This document shows positions 23,813 through 31,948 of a stretch of DNA of 42,346 bases, in pieces. Position numbers and translations under genes: made by a program. Position 1 is the first letter of the stretch. The number at the start of each line of letters is the position of its first letter. Origin of the DNA: Candidatus Kaiserbacteria bacterium (GTDB taxonomy: Bacteria > Patescibacteriota > Minisyncoccia > Phycocordibacterales > UBA2100); contig JACQKA010000044.1 in assembly GCA_016204805.1 (NCBI GenBank), positions 1 through 42,346 on the forward strand. Reading direction: 5' to 3'. Under the pieces are notes generated by a model. It made no database searches and was not told the origin of the DNA. It worked only from the letters and a program-made list of their open reading frames with translations.

Positions 23813-25576
23813 ATGACACTGAATGAAGTTCGTGAGAAATATCTGGAATTTTTCGAGGCGCGAGGCCACACTATCGTGCCGTCTGCGCCGCTCGTGCCGC
23901 AGAACGACCCGACGACGCTTTTCACCGGTTCTGGCATGCAACCATTGTTACCATACCTTCTCGGCAAGGATCATCCGGGAGGGGTGCGTCTCGCGAATTC
24001 GCAGAAATGTTTTCGCGCGATGGATATTGAAGAAGTTGGTGACAACCGACACACGACTTTTTTCGAAATGCTCGGTAATTGGTCGCTCGGTGACTATTTC
24101 AAAAAAGAACAGCTACCGTGGCTCTTTGAATTTCTTACCAAGGAGATTGACATCCCGAAAGAGCGCCTGTGGGTGACTTGTTTCGAGGGTGATGAGAAAT
24201 ACGGCATTCCGCGCGACACTGAATCAGCTGAAATTTGGAAGAATCTCGGCATATCCGAGGACCACATTCATTTCTACGGCAAGAAAAACTGGTGGAGCCG
24301 TGCCGGCGAACCGGAAAACATGCCAGCGGGTGAGCCGGGGGGACCTGATTCCGAGGTATTTTTCGAATTCACGGACGTACCGCATGACTTCATATATGAA
24401 GCCACCTGCCACCCGAATTGCGACTGCGGTCGATTCATGGAAATCGGCAACTCTGTCTTCATGCAATACGTCAAAAAACCCGACGGCACATTCGGACTGC
24501 TCCCAAAGCAGAATGTCGACTTCGGCGGCGGTCTTGAGCGCATCACCGCGGCGGCACATGACAACCCAGACGTGTTTGAAGTTGCCCACAAGAATGTGAT
24601 CAAGCATCTCGAAGCCGAGAGCGGCAAAAAATATGAGGGCAATGCGAAGGTCCCATTTCGTGTCGTTGCTGATCATGTAAAAGCCGCCGTCTTCTTGATC
24701 GCCGATGATGTAAAGCCCAGCAATGTTGAGCGCGGATATGTCGTGCGTCGGCTTTTGCGCCGCGCAATGCGCTATAGCGATATGTTTGGCGTTGAATCCG
24801 GCCTCTCCGCTATAGCTGATATCGTTGTTTCTGATTATGTCGGCGTATATGATCTCGCTGCGGTTGCTGATACCATTCGCGATGAAATACATCTGGAAGA
24901 AGAGCGATTCCGCAAGACGCTTGCCCGCGGCCTCAAGGAACTCGAAAAAGGCACCGACGCATTTACGTTGTTTACCACCTATGGTTTTCCGATCGAACTA
25001 ACGCACGAAGTCGCAAGAGAGAAAGGAATTACTGTCAATGAAGAAGTGTTCAAGCGTGAAATGGAAAAACATCAGGAACTTTCACGTGCTGGCTCCGAAC
25101 AGAAATTCAAGGGCGGGCTTGCCGATGCATCCGAGGCGACGACACGCCTGCACACGGCTCACCACTTGCTCCTCAAGGCGCTACAAATCGTACTCGGCCC
25201 CCATGTAAAACAGCGGGGGAGTAACATCACCGCGGAGCGCCTACGTATCGATTTCTCGCACGGCGAGAAAATGACATCGGAACAGCTCTCGGAAGTGGAG
25301 CGCATTGTAAATGAAAAAATAAAAGAGGATTTGCCGGTCGTACACACAGAAATGCCGAAAGAGGAGGCTGAAAAACTCGGTGCAGAACACGAATTCGGTG
25401 CAAAATACCCCGACAAAGTTTCCATATACTCCGTCGGCTCGCTCGACAATACCTTCTCCATAGAATTCTGCGGCGGCCCGCATGTAACCCACACCGGTGT
25501 GCTCGGCACATTCAAAATCCAAAAAGAAGAAGCTTCTTCCGCCGGCATCCGCCGCATCAAAGCAGCCTTGCTGTGA
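23813..25576 (+). CDS. alaS: Alanine--tRNA ligase, short form (587 aa; catalytic plus editing core, no C-Ala domain)
   Basis: [38 protein letters not shown].. and [14 protein letters not shown] mark the catalytic domain. HTAHHLL and CGGPHV mark the editing domain. The protein ends about 290 aa short of canonical AlaRS. Confidence 0.9.
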   Translation: [587 protein letters not shown]

Positions 25577-25614
25577 CCATGTGAGTAAGGCGGCACCCGT
25601 TTCTATAGGTGCCG

Positions 25615-25620
25615 TATACT
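25615..25620 (+). promoter_or_regulatory. -10 box TATACT, 7 nt before ATG 25628
   Basis: tatact-ataggtg-ATG. Confidence 0.35.
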
Positions 25621-25627
25621 ATAGGTG

Positions 25628-26803
25628 ATGAAGCTGTTCAGTTTTTCTCGGTTGGGAAAGGCAGGCGGACAAACCGCAGCTGTGTGTGATATCGGAAGCG
25701 GTAGCGTTGCCGTGGGAATAGTCGCATTCGGCTCCGCCGGCAAGACGACTGTCTTGGTCTCCGAGCGCCGGATGCTACCGCCTGAAGAACGGGGCAAAGC
25801 ACAGATTATCGACCAATTGAAAACACTGGCGCGCGAAACCGCAGCAGCAGTACTCGACCAACATGCGAAGCGCGGCGGCACACCGCCTTCCGATATCATC
25901 GCCATTGTGCATACACCATGGGTGCGATCAGAAACGGCGAGCGCGAGCGAGCAGTTCACCGAACCTACGGTTATCACCGAATCCATCATCAGTGAGACTG
26001 CAAAAAAGGCGGTGCGCGAAGAGACCAAGCTTACGGTGGCTAACGTGTTCGAACGCAGTGTCATGCGTGTTGCATTGAGCGGTTACCCGACATCCACGCC
26101 AGAGGGGAAAACGAGTACCCGCATCGATATATCGGTGCTCCAGAGTGATATCAAACCGGAGATGTTATCGGCGATGAAAGAAGCGCTCGGCGCCGTATTC
26201 GTGGGGCGCACCATCACGTTCCAATCCGCATTCTTCGCTTTCAGTATCATCATCAAGGAACTGCTTCCCAACATCACGCACTACACGCTGATAGACGTTA
26301 CCAGCTTGGCGACCAGCGCCGCTGTCGTACGACAGGGAGCAGTCCTGGAGCACGCGGATGCGGAAGTCGGCTGGCGCACCATCGTGATGGAACTTGCGAA
26401 GATACATGGTACGACTCCTGCCGAAGCATTAAGTCGCGCGCGAATGGCTACCGAAAACACCTGCACCGATGCGCTCTGCCAGACGGTCCTGCAATCACTC
26501 ACTGCGGTCGAACCGATGTTCGTGGACACGTACGGCAAGATGTTCAGCGAACTTGCCAAGGTCAAGCGTATCCCCGGCATGGTCATTCTGATCGCTCCAC
26601 CCGATCTGGGACCATGGTTTTCCAATATATTTTCGCGCGTTGATTTTGCGCAATTCGCGGTATCTGAACAACCTTTTTCCGTGCACCAGCTTTGGGCACA
26701 GGCGCTCGAATCGCACATAGAGATGGCGCCAGAGAACTCCGAGGATACCGGTATTGCCGCAGCCGCCGCATTTGTGCACATCAAGTCTAGAGACAGGATA
26801 TAA
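25628..26803 (+). CDS. Hypothetical protein, possibly a degenerate actin-like (ASKHA, FtsA/PilM-like) fold
   Basis: AAVCDIGSGSVAVGIV resembles the phosphate-1 motif. LIDVTSLATSAAVV sits where phosphate-2 (DxGGGTT) would be, but it is degenerate. Confidence 0.4.
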   Translation: MKLFSFSRLGKAGGQTAAVCDIGSGSVAVGIVAFGSAGKTTVLVSERRMLPPEERGKAQIIDQLKTLARETAAAVLDQHAKRGGTPPSDIIAIVHTPWVRSETASASEQFTEPTVITESIISETAKKAVREETKLTVANVFERSVMRVALSGYPTSTPEGKTSTRIDISVLQSDIKPEMLSAMKEALGAVFVGRTITFQSAFFAFSIIIKELLPNITHYTLIDVTSLATSAAVVRQGAVLEHADAEVGWRTIVMELAKIHGTTPAEALSRARMATENTCTDALCQTVLQSLTAVEPMFVDTYGKMFSELAKVKRIPGMVILIAPPDLGPWFSNIFSRVDFAQFAVSEQPFSVHQLWAQALESHIEMAPENSEDTGIAAAAAFVHIKSRDRI

Positions 26804-26808
26804 AAGCG

Positions 26809-26817
26809 TGGTACACT
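26809..26817 (+). promoter_or_regulatory. Extended -10 box TGgTACACT, 7 nt before ATG 26825
   Basis: tggtacact-aaaaaat-ATG. Confidence 0.4.
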
Positions 26818-26824
26818 AAAAAAT

Positions 26825-28177
26825 ATGCCTAAGGACTATTTCCAAGACATCACTCCGCCGGCGTCAGAAAAGCTGGACACAGCCAAAGAAGAACGCACGA
26901 TACGCAACATTCCGATAGCGCCGCGACGCGAACGCGGGCCTAATTTTCCGACCGCCGACAGCCCGCTCAATGCGCCCGCATCAGCACAGGCATCCATAAC
27001 ACCGTCGAAGAAATTCACCATGCCATCGCGCCGCATCATTATCTGGAGCATTGCTGTGGTCGCCGTATTGGCGCTCGTGTTCGTGGCGTTCGCTATGTTC
27101 CAGGGCACATCCGTAGTCGTGACACCCCGTACACATGCGGTCGTGCTTACCGAAGACGTGCCACTCACTGCATACATCACAGGGGATACCCGAGCATCCG
27201 CAGAATCGCTCACCTACGATCTGGCCGAACGCACCCATGATGCCAACAGCACTATTGATGCGCATGGATTCACCGAGGTTGAAGAATATGCATCCGGCAT
27301 CATCACGATATACAATAACCGCACAGCAGGTCAGGTGCGCCTGATAAAGAACACACGTTTTGAATCGCCGGAGGGTCTCATTTTCCGCATTCGCGATTCC
27401 ATTGTGATACCGGTCAAAAAAGGCGATGCGCCCGGTACGGCAACGGCGACTGTCTACGCGGATCAAGCTGGAGTCAAATACAACCTCGATCCCGTAGACA
27501 AATTCATCCTCCCGGGCCTTAAGGGCGGCGACATGTATAACGACGTATATGCACGTTCGACCATCGCATTCAAGGGAGGTTTCGTTGGCAGTAAGCCAAA
27601 AGTCGCGGATGCGGATCTCGAGGTGGCACGTAGTGCACTGCACAGTTCTCTCGAAACACAGGCTCGTGGCGAAGTCGCTACGCTAAGCGTTCTCGGTACA
27701 TTGGTATTCCCGCAATTGATGTCACTCACGTTTGAATCGCTTCCCGTCGAAACCAGCCCTGATGGCAAAGCCTTGCTTCACGAACGCGTAAAAGTAGCCG
27801 TGCCGATATTCCCAGATACCATTTTCGCCCGTGCGCTTGCGGTCGCAACCCGCGCAGACACTCCTGATGGCACCGTCCACATCCAGAAGTCCGATGGCAT
27901 ACAGATCCGCTATGCTTTAGAAACTCCGACCGCGGTACATGAGCCCTTGAGTATGCTCGTTTCCGGCAATGCAACGCTCACGTGGGAAGTAGATGCTGAT
28001 GCACTCACCAAAGCGCTCGCCGGTACTTCCAAAGCCGAGGCAGTCTTCGACAGGATTATCAGCGGCATTTCGAGCATCGAAAAGGTCGATGCCTTTCTTC
28101 GTCCATTCTGGCGCGACACTTTCCCTTCAAACCCCACTGATATTAAGGTGATTATTAAAGAGCCCGCACAACAATAA
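26825..28177 (+). CDS. Hypothetical single-pass membrane protein with a large extracytoplasmic domain (450 aa)
   Basis: Charged N-terminus, TM span IIIWSIAVVAVLALVFVAFAMF, then a beta-rich domain. No family recognised. Confidence 0.5.
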   Translation: MPKDYFQDITPPASEKLDTAKEERTIRNIPIAPRRERGPNFPTADSPLNAPASAQASITPSKKFTMPSRRIIIWSIAVVAVLALVFVAFAMFQGTSVVVTPRTHAVVLTEDVPLTAYITGDTRASAESLTYDLAERTHDANSTIDAHGFTEVEEYASGIITIYNNRTAGQVRLIKNTRFESPEGLIFRIRDSIVIPVKKGDAPGTATATVYADQAGVKYNLDPVDKFILPGLKGGDMYNDVYARSTIAFKGGFVGSKPKVADADLEVARSALHSSLETQARGEVATLSVLGTLVFPQLMSLTFESLPVETSPDGKALLHERVKVAVPIFPDTIFARALAVATRADTPDGTVHIQKSDGIQIRYALETPTAVHEPLSMLVSGNATLTWEVDADALTKALAGTSKAEAVFDRIISGISSIEKVDAFLRPFWRDTFPSNPTDIKVIIKEPAQQ

Positions 28178-28181
28178 TGTG

Positions 28182-28210
28182 TTGACTTTACGGCTTGAAG
28201 CTGGTATCCT
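28182..28210 (+). promoter_or_regulatory. Promoter TTGACT-17-TATCCT (with TGg) upstream of infA
   Basis: ttgact ttacggcttgaagctgg tatcct, 24 nt before ATG 28235. Confidence 0.5.
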
Positions 28211-28234
28211 CCAACTCACGTTACGATTTGCATT

Positions 28235-28441
28235 ATGAGCGAACCACGGGTTGTAGACGGCGTCGTTGAGGAGGCTCTCCCCAACACCCTCTTCCGTGTG
28301 AAGCTCGCTGATCAGACGCTAACGCTGGCGTATCTTGCAGGAAAGATGCGTATGAACCGCATCAAAGTTCTGGTGGGTGACACAGTGTCACTCCAGTTGG
28401 ATCCATACGGCGGCCGTGCCCGCATCATCAAGCGGATGTAG
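28235..28441 (+). CDS. infA: Translation initiation factor IF-1
   Basis: VEEALPNTLFRVKL...YLAGKMRMNRIKVLVGDTV..LDPY matches the S1-like IF-1 pattern. Confidence 0.9.
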   Translation: MSEPRVVDGVVEEALPNTLFRVKLADQTLTLAYLAGKMRMNRIKVLVGDTVSLQLDPYGGRARIIKRM

Positions 28442-28476
28442 AAAAATAAGGAGCTTGCGACTATATTTTTCTTAAT

Positions 28477-28578
28477 CCAGCCCCACTTTTGCTTTTGAAC
28501 GATATATGTATATAATGCGTCACATTCATCCAACCTTTTGTTTTTGCGTGAGTTGTTAGCATGCAAAAGTGTGGCTGG
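28477..28578. repeat. Long-stem element E2: 16-bp stem (one mismatch; 18 bp with flanks) enclosing 70 nt, between infA and rpmJ
   Basis: ccagccccacttttgc (28477-28492) pairs with gcaaaagtgtggctgg (28563-28578). The loop contains tgtatataat. Confidence 0.75.
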
Positions 28579-28626
28579 ATGTAAGAGCTTCTACAAGCTC
28601 GTTCGCACTCGATAAGAATCTCTAAC
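28579..28626 (+). promoter_or_regulatory. Leader L1 immediately upstream of rpmJ (paralogous to L2)
   Basis: atgtaagagcttctacaagctcgttcgcactcgataagaatctctaac-ATG. Contains an ATG-TAA start-stop and the hairpin gagctt/aagctc. Confidence 0.6.
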
Positions 28627-28752
28627 ATGAAGGTCAAAGCATCGGTTAAAAAAATGTGTCCGCAATGCCGGATCGTACGACGCAGGGGGTATCTGCGCGT
28701 TATTTGTACGAACCCGAGCAAGGGTCCGCGCCATAAACAGCGTCAAGGTTGA
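28627..28752 (+). CDS. rpmJ: 50S ribosomal protein L36 (41 aa, below the ORF-track cutoff)
   Basis: My own translation: [41 protein letters not shown]. This is the canonical L36 zinc-ribbon pattern. Confidence 0.9.
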   Translation: MKVKASVKKMCPQCRIVRRRGYLRVICTNPSKGPRHKQRQG

Positions 28753-28790
28753 TGCAATTGTATGAGTGCAACGAATAACAATTGCTCAAC

Positions 28791-28884
28791 CCCGCACTTT
28801 CTTACGAAATTTGAGTTAATACCAAAAATGTGCATAATCTTCGTACTATGGTAATTGATCAAAAACAACGTAAGAAAGTGCGGG
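28791..28884. repeat. Long-stem element E3: 16-bp perfect stem enclosing 62 nt, between rpmJ and rpsM
   Basis: cccgcactttcttacg (28791-28806) pairs with cgtaagaaagtgcggg (28869-28884). The loop contains tgtgcataatc. Confidence 0.8.
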
Positions 28885-28930
28885 ATGTAAGAGTTTTTAA
28901 GCTCGTTATCACTCGCTAACAATCTCTAAC
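28885..28930 (+). promoter_or_regulatory. Leader L2 immediately upstream of rpsM (paralogous to L1)
   Basis: atgtaagagtttttaagctcgttatcactcgctaacaatctctaac-ATG. 43 of 51 aligned columns are identical to L1 by hand alignment. Confidence 0.6.
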
Positions 28931-29311
28931 ATGCGTATCTCAGGCATCACACTTCCGGACAACAAACGAATGGAGATCGCACTCACGGCGGTATTTGGTA
29001 TTGGCCGTCCGCGGGCGCACACGATTCTTAAAGCAGCGGGCGTTGATTTCGGCAAGAAGCCGCCGGCTGTGACCGCGGATGAAGAGGTAGCGATTCGCAA
29101 AGAGATCGAGAAACTCACCATCGAAGGTGACCTCCGGCGCCGGGTATCCATGCAGATCAAACACCACAAAGATATCAATTCGTACCGCGGCTCGCGCCAC
29201 ATGAAGAAACTCCCCGTCCGTGGCCAGCGCACCCGCACCAACACCCGCACCGTACGTGGCAACGTCCGCAAGACTATGACGTCGGGCAAACGTAAATTGG
29301 AGAAGACCTAA
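28931..29311 (+). CDS. rpsM: 30S ribosomal protein S13
   Basis: MRISGITLPDNKRMEIALTAVFGIGRPRA...YRGSRHMKKLPVRGQRTRTN. Confidence 0.95.
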   Translation: MRISGITLPDNKRMEIALTAVFGIGRPRAHTILKAAGVDFGKKPPAVTADEEVAIRKEIEKLTIEGDLRRRVSMQIKHHKDINSYRGSRHMKKLPVRGQRTRTNTRTVRGNVRKTMTSGKRKLEKT

Positions 29312-29325
29312 ACGCGCGGGAGCGC

Positions 29326-29455
29326 GGCCGTGACCTCCCTGAAAAAGACTGAAGCTTGGGCAATTCCCGTTTTGCCCAAGAGCGAAGCGATTGGGTGCAA
29401 AACGCAATCCTGTAAGGGACGCCCTCGAGTGGTCTTTTTCAGGGAGGTCACGGCC
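29326..29455. repeat. Long-stem element E4: 24-bp perfect stem enclosing 82 nt, between rpsM and rpsK
   Basis: ggccgtgacctccctgaaaaagac (29326-29349) pairs with gtctttttcagggaggtcacggcc (29432-29455). Confidence 0.85.
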
Positions 29456-29466
29456 AAGTGTATTTG

Positions 29467-29475
29467 TGGCATAAT
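29467..29475 (+). promoter_or_regulatory. Extended -10 box TGgCATAAT upstream of rpsK
   Basis: tggcataat lies 12 nt after the E4 3' arm and 61 nt before ATG 29537. Confidence 0.35.
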
Positions 29476-29536
29476 ACTCTTGATTTTTTATTGATATCCT
29501 GTATTATTGCGCAACTACACAAATTTCGATTGAGTT

Positions 29537-29971
29537 ATGGGAAAAAAGCGTATTATCCGGAAATCGGGCGGTACCGTTGATGCGGGGCTTAAATCTCGTT
29601 CACTTGCCCGCGGCATCCGAAAAAACGTTGGTTCTGCAACACTCTACGTGCAGGCTACTTTCAACAACACTAAAGCGGTTCTGACCGATCAGGGTGGGAA
29701 TGCGATCGCATGGTCATCGAGCGGTAGCCTCGGATTCGCAGGCGCCAAGAAAGGCACACCGTTTGCCGCAGCGAAAGTAGGCGAGCTCATCGGTGACAAA
29801 GCTATCCAAGCGGGTGTCGCCGAAGCAGCGGTCGTCATCCGCGGCATTGGCGCGGGCCGAGAGGCGGCAGTCCGTGCCTTTTCAGGCAAGGGCATCACCA
29901 TCACGCGTATCGCTGACGAAACACCTGTTCCTCACAACGGCGTGCGCCCGCCGCGTGCGCGCCGTATCTAA
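29537..29971 (+). CDS. rpsK: 30S ribosomal protein S11
   Basis: ATLYVQATFNNTKAVLTDQGGNAIAWSSSGSLGF.GAKKGTPFAA...DETPVPHNG.RPP..RRI. Confidence 0.95.
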   Translation: MGKKRIIRKSGGTVDAGLKSRSLARGIRKNVGSATLYVQATFNNTKAVLTDQGGNAIAWSSSGSLGFAGAKKGTPFAAAKVGELIGDKAIQAGVAEAAVVIRGIGAGREAAVRAFSGKGITITRIADETPVPHNGVRPPRARRI

Positions 29972-29976
29972 TATCT

Positions 29977-30582
29977 ATGTTACGCGTCCGCTCCAAATTC
30001 AAAGTTGCAAAACGTCTGGGCGCAGGCGTCTATGAGAAGACGCAGTCGCAGAAATTCGTACTTTCCGAAGCGCGTACCGCGAAGGTGAAGAAGGGTCGCG
30101 GGCGCGGACTTTCGGATTACGGCAAACAGATGCTCGAAAAGCAGAAGGTACGTTACACGTATGGCCTCACCGAACACCAATTCCGCCGCTACATCAATGA
30201 AGCGATGAAAGTCATCGATTCGCCGGCGGCGATACACGCCGCACTCGAACTCCGCCTCGACAGTATCGTCTATCGTGCTGGCCTCGCACCGACGCGCAGC
30301 GCCGCACGGCAGATGGTGTCGCACGGGCACATCACGGTAAATGGCCGCCGCGACAACACTCCTTCGCGCCGTATGCATGTCGGAGACACGTTTTCCGTCC
30401 GCGAGGGAAGCAAGCGCTCTGCGCTTTTTGCCCCGAAAGAAGAGGGGGTGGGTATGGCTACACCCACGTGGCTCGAGTTTGATCGCAGTACTCTCATGGG
30501 GAAAGTCCTCGCGGTGCCCAGCTACACAGCCGGAATAGCAGGTTTCGATTATCCGACTGTGTTCGAGTTTTACAGCAGGTAA
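29977..30582 (+). CDS. rpsD: 30S ribosomal protein S4
   Basis: SDYGKQMLEKQKVRYTYGLTEHQFRRY, LDSIVYRAGLAPTRSAARQMVSHGHITVNG. Confidence 0.95.
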   Translation: MLRVRSKFKVAKRLGAGVYEKTQSQKFVLSEARTAKVKKGRGRGLSDYGKQMLEKQKVRYTYGLTEHQFRRYINEAMKVIDSPAAIHAALELRLDSIVYRAGLAPTRSAARQMVSHGHITVNGRRDNTPSRRMHVGDTFSVREGSKRSALFAPKEEGVGMATPTWLEFDRSTLMGKVLAVPSYTAGIAGFDYPTVFEFYSR

Positions 30583-30621
30583 GCTTTACAAAAATAGCAT
30601 TATTCACTATAATTTCATTTT

Positions 30622-31587
30622 ATGTTCGACTATCATGTTACGTTGCCGTCAAAGCCCAAGGTCATTTCGGAGGAAGGCAAGAGCGGTACCTATGAGATCG
30701 ACGGTCTCCACCCAGGATATGGATTCACGCTGGGCAATTCTCTGCGTCGCATCATCCTCTCGTCTTTGCCGGGTGCCGCGATCACACAGGTCAAGATCGA
30801 CGGCATCAAGCACGAATTTTCGACCATCGAAGGCGTCAAGGAGGACGTAGTTACGCTTTTGCTCCACCTCCGTCGCGTTCGCGTGCGCCTCTCGACCGAC
30901 GAGCCGCAGACCTTGAAGCTCAAGATAAAGGGTCCCAAGACCGTGACCGCATCGGACATCGAAGCGCCGGGCCAGGTAGAAATTTTGAATCCGGATCAAT
31001 ACATCGCGGAAGTTTCCGGCAAAGCGACATTGGATATCGAAATCACCGTCGAGCGCGGTCTCGGCTACCTTCCGAAAGAAGCGGTTCAGAAAGAGCGCGT
31101 TGACATCGGTATCATCCCGCTCGACGCGACATTCTCGCCGATCCGCCGCGTGAACTACGAAGTCGAAAACATGCGCGTGGGCGACCGTACTGATTACAAC
31201 CGTTTGCGCATGTTCATCGAAACCGATGGCACGCTTACGGCGCGCGAAGCACTTGAACGTTCGATCGAGATCATGATCCACCAGCTCCGCGCTATCGTTG
31301 GCTTCAAGGAAGAGGAGTTGCCGGCCGCTGCGGAGGAAGAGGCAGTTACGGATTCTGACCGCAAGGTAGACGAAAAGGCGGACATGGAAGCTCTCAAGGT
31401 GCGCATCTCTGAATTACAGCTCTCGATACGTGTTATCTCCGCCCTTGATGGCGCGAGTATCCGCACGATCGGAGGCCTGGTGCGCAAGCGCGAAGACGAC
31501 CTCCTCTCTATCGAAGGCTTGGGCCAGAAAGGACTTCAGGAAATTAAAAGGGCGCTCTCTAATTACGGTTTGACGCTCCGCCCGTAA
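30622..31587 (+). CDS. rpoA: DNA-directed RNA polymerase subunit alpha
   Basis: GYGFTLGNSLRRIILSSLPGAAIT in the N-terminal domain. C-terminal domain ELQLSIRVISALDGASIRTIGGLV. Confidence 0.95.
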   Translation: MFDYHVTLPSKPKVISEEGKSGTYEIDGLHPGYGFTLGNSLRRIILSSLPGAAITQVKIDGIKHEFSTIEGVKEDVVTLLLHLRRVRVRLSTDEPQTLKLKIKGPKTVTASDIEAPGQVEILNPDQYIAEVSGKATLDIEITVERGLGYLPKEAVQKERVDIGIIPLDATFSPIRRVNYEVENMRVGDRTDYNRLRMFIETDGTLTAREALERSIEIMIHQLRAIVGFKEEELPAAAEEEAVTDSDRKVDEKADMEALKVRISELQLSIRVISALDGASIRTIGGLVRKREDDLLSIEGLGQKGLQEIKRALSNYGLTLRP

Positions 31588-31594
31588 GTAGCTT

Positions 31595-31948
31595 ATGAGG
31601 CACCACAAAAAAGGCCGCACATTCGGACGAGTGAAGAAGCAGCAGACTGCTCTTTTGCGCTCGCTCACTCGCTCTCTTGTGTTGCGCGGCAACATCACCA
31701 CGACCGTCGCCAAGGCGAAAGAAATGCGCCCATATGTGGAGAAATTGGTAACCATCGCAAAAGCAGATACATTGCAGTCGCGCCGGGCACTCGAAAACCG
31801 TCTCGGTAATGCACGCGATGTGGTAAAGAAGCTCCACACGGACATTGCACCGAAATACGCAAAACGCTCCGGCGGATACACGCGTATCACCCGCCTCGGC
31901 AAGCGCGGCGCACGCAAAGCAGAAGAGGCCAAAATAGAATTCGTATGA
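31595..31948 (+). CDS. rplQ: 50S ribosomal protein L17
   Basis: MRHHKKGRTFGRVKKQQTALLRSLTRSLVLRGNITTTVAKAKEMRPYVEKLVT. Confidence 0.95.
   Translation: MRHHKKGRTFGRVKKQQTALLRSLTRSLVLRGNITTTVAKAKEMRPYVEKLVTIAKADTLQSRRALENRLGNARDVVKKLHTDIAPKYAKRSGGYTRITRLGKRGARKAEEAKIEFV

Noticed and set aside
24224-24892. 222-aa antisense ORF inside alaS
   Set aside because: A shadow ORF of a very well supported AlaRS frame.
30649-31281. 210-aa antisense ORF inside rpoA
   Set aside because: A shadow ORF. The rpoA frame is unambiguous.
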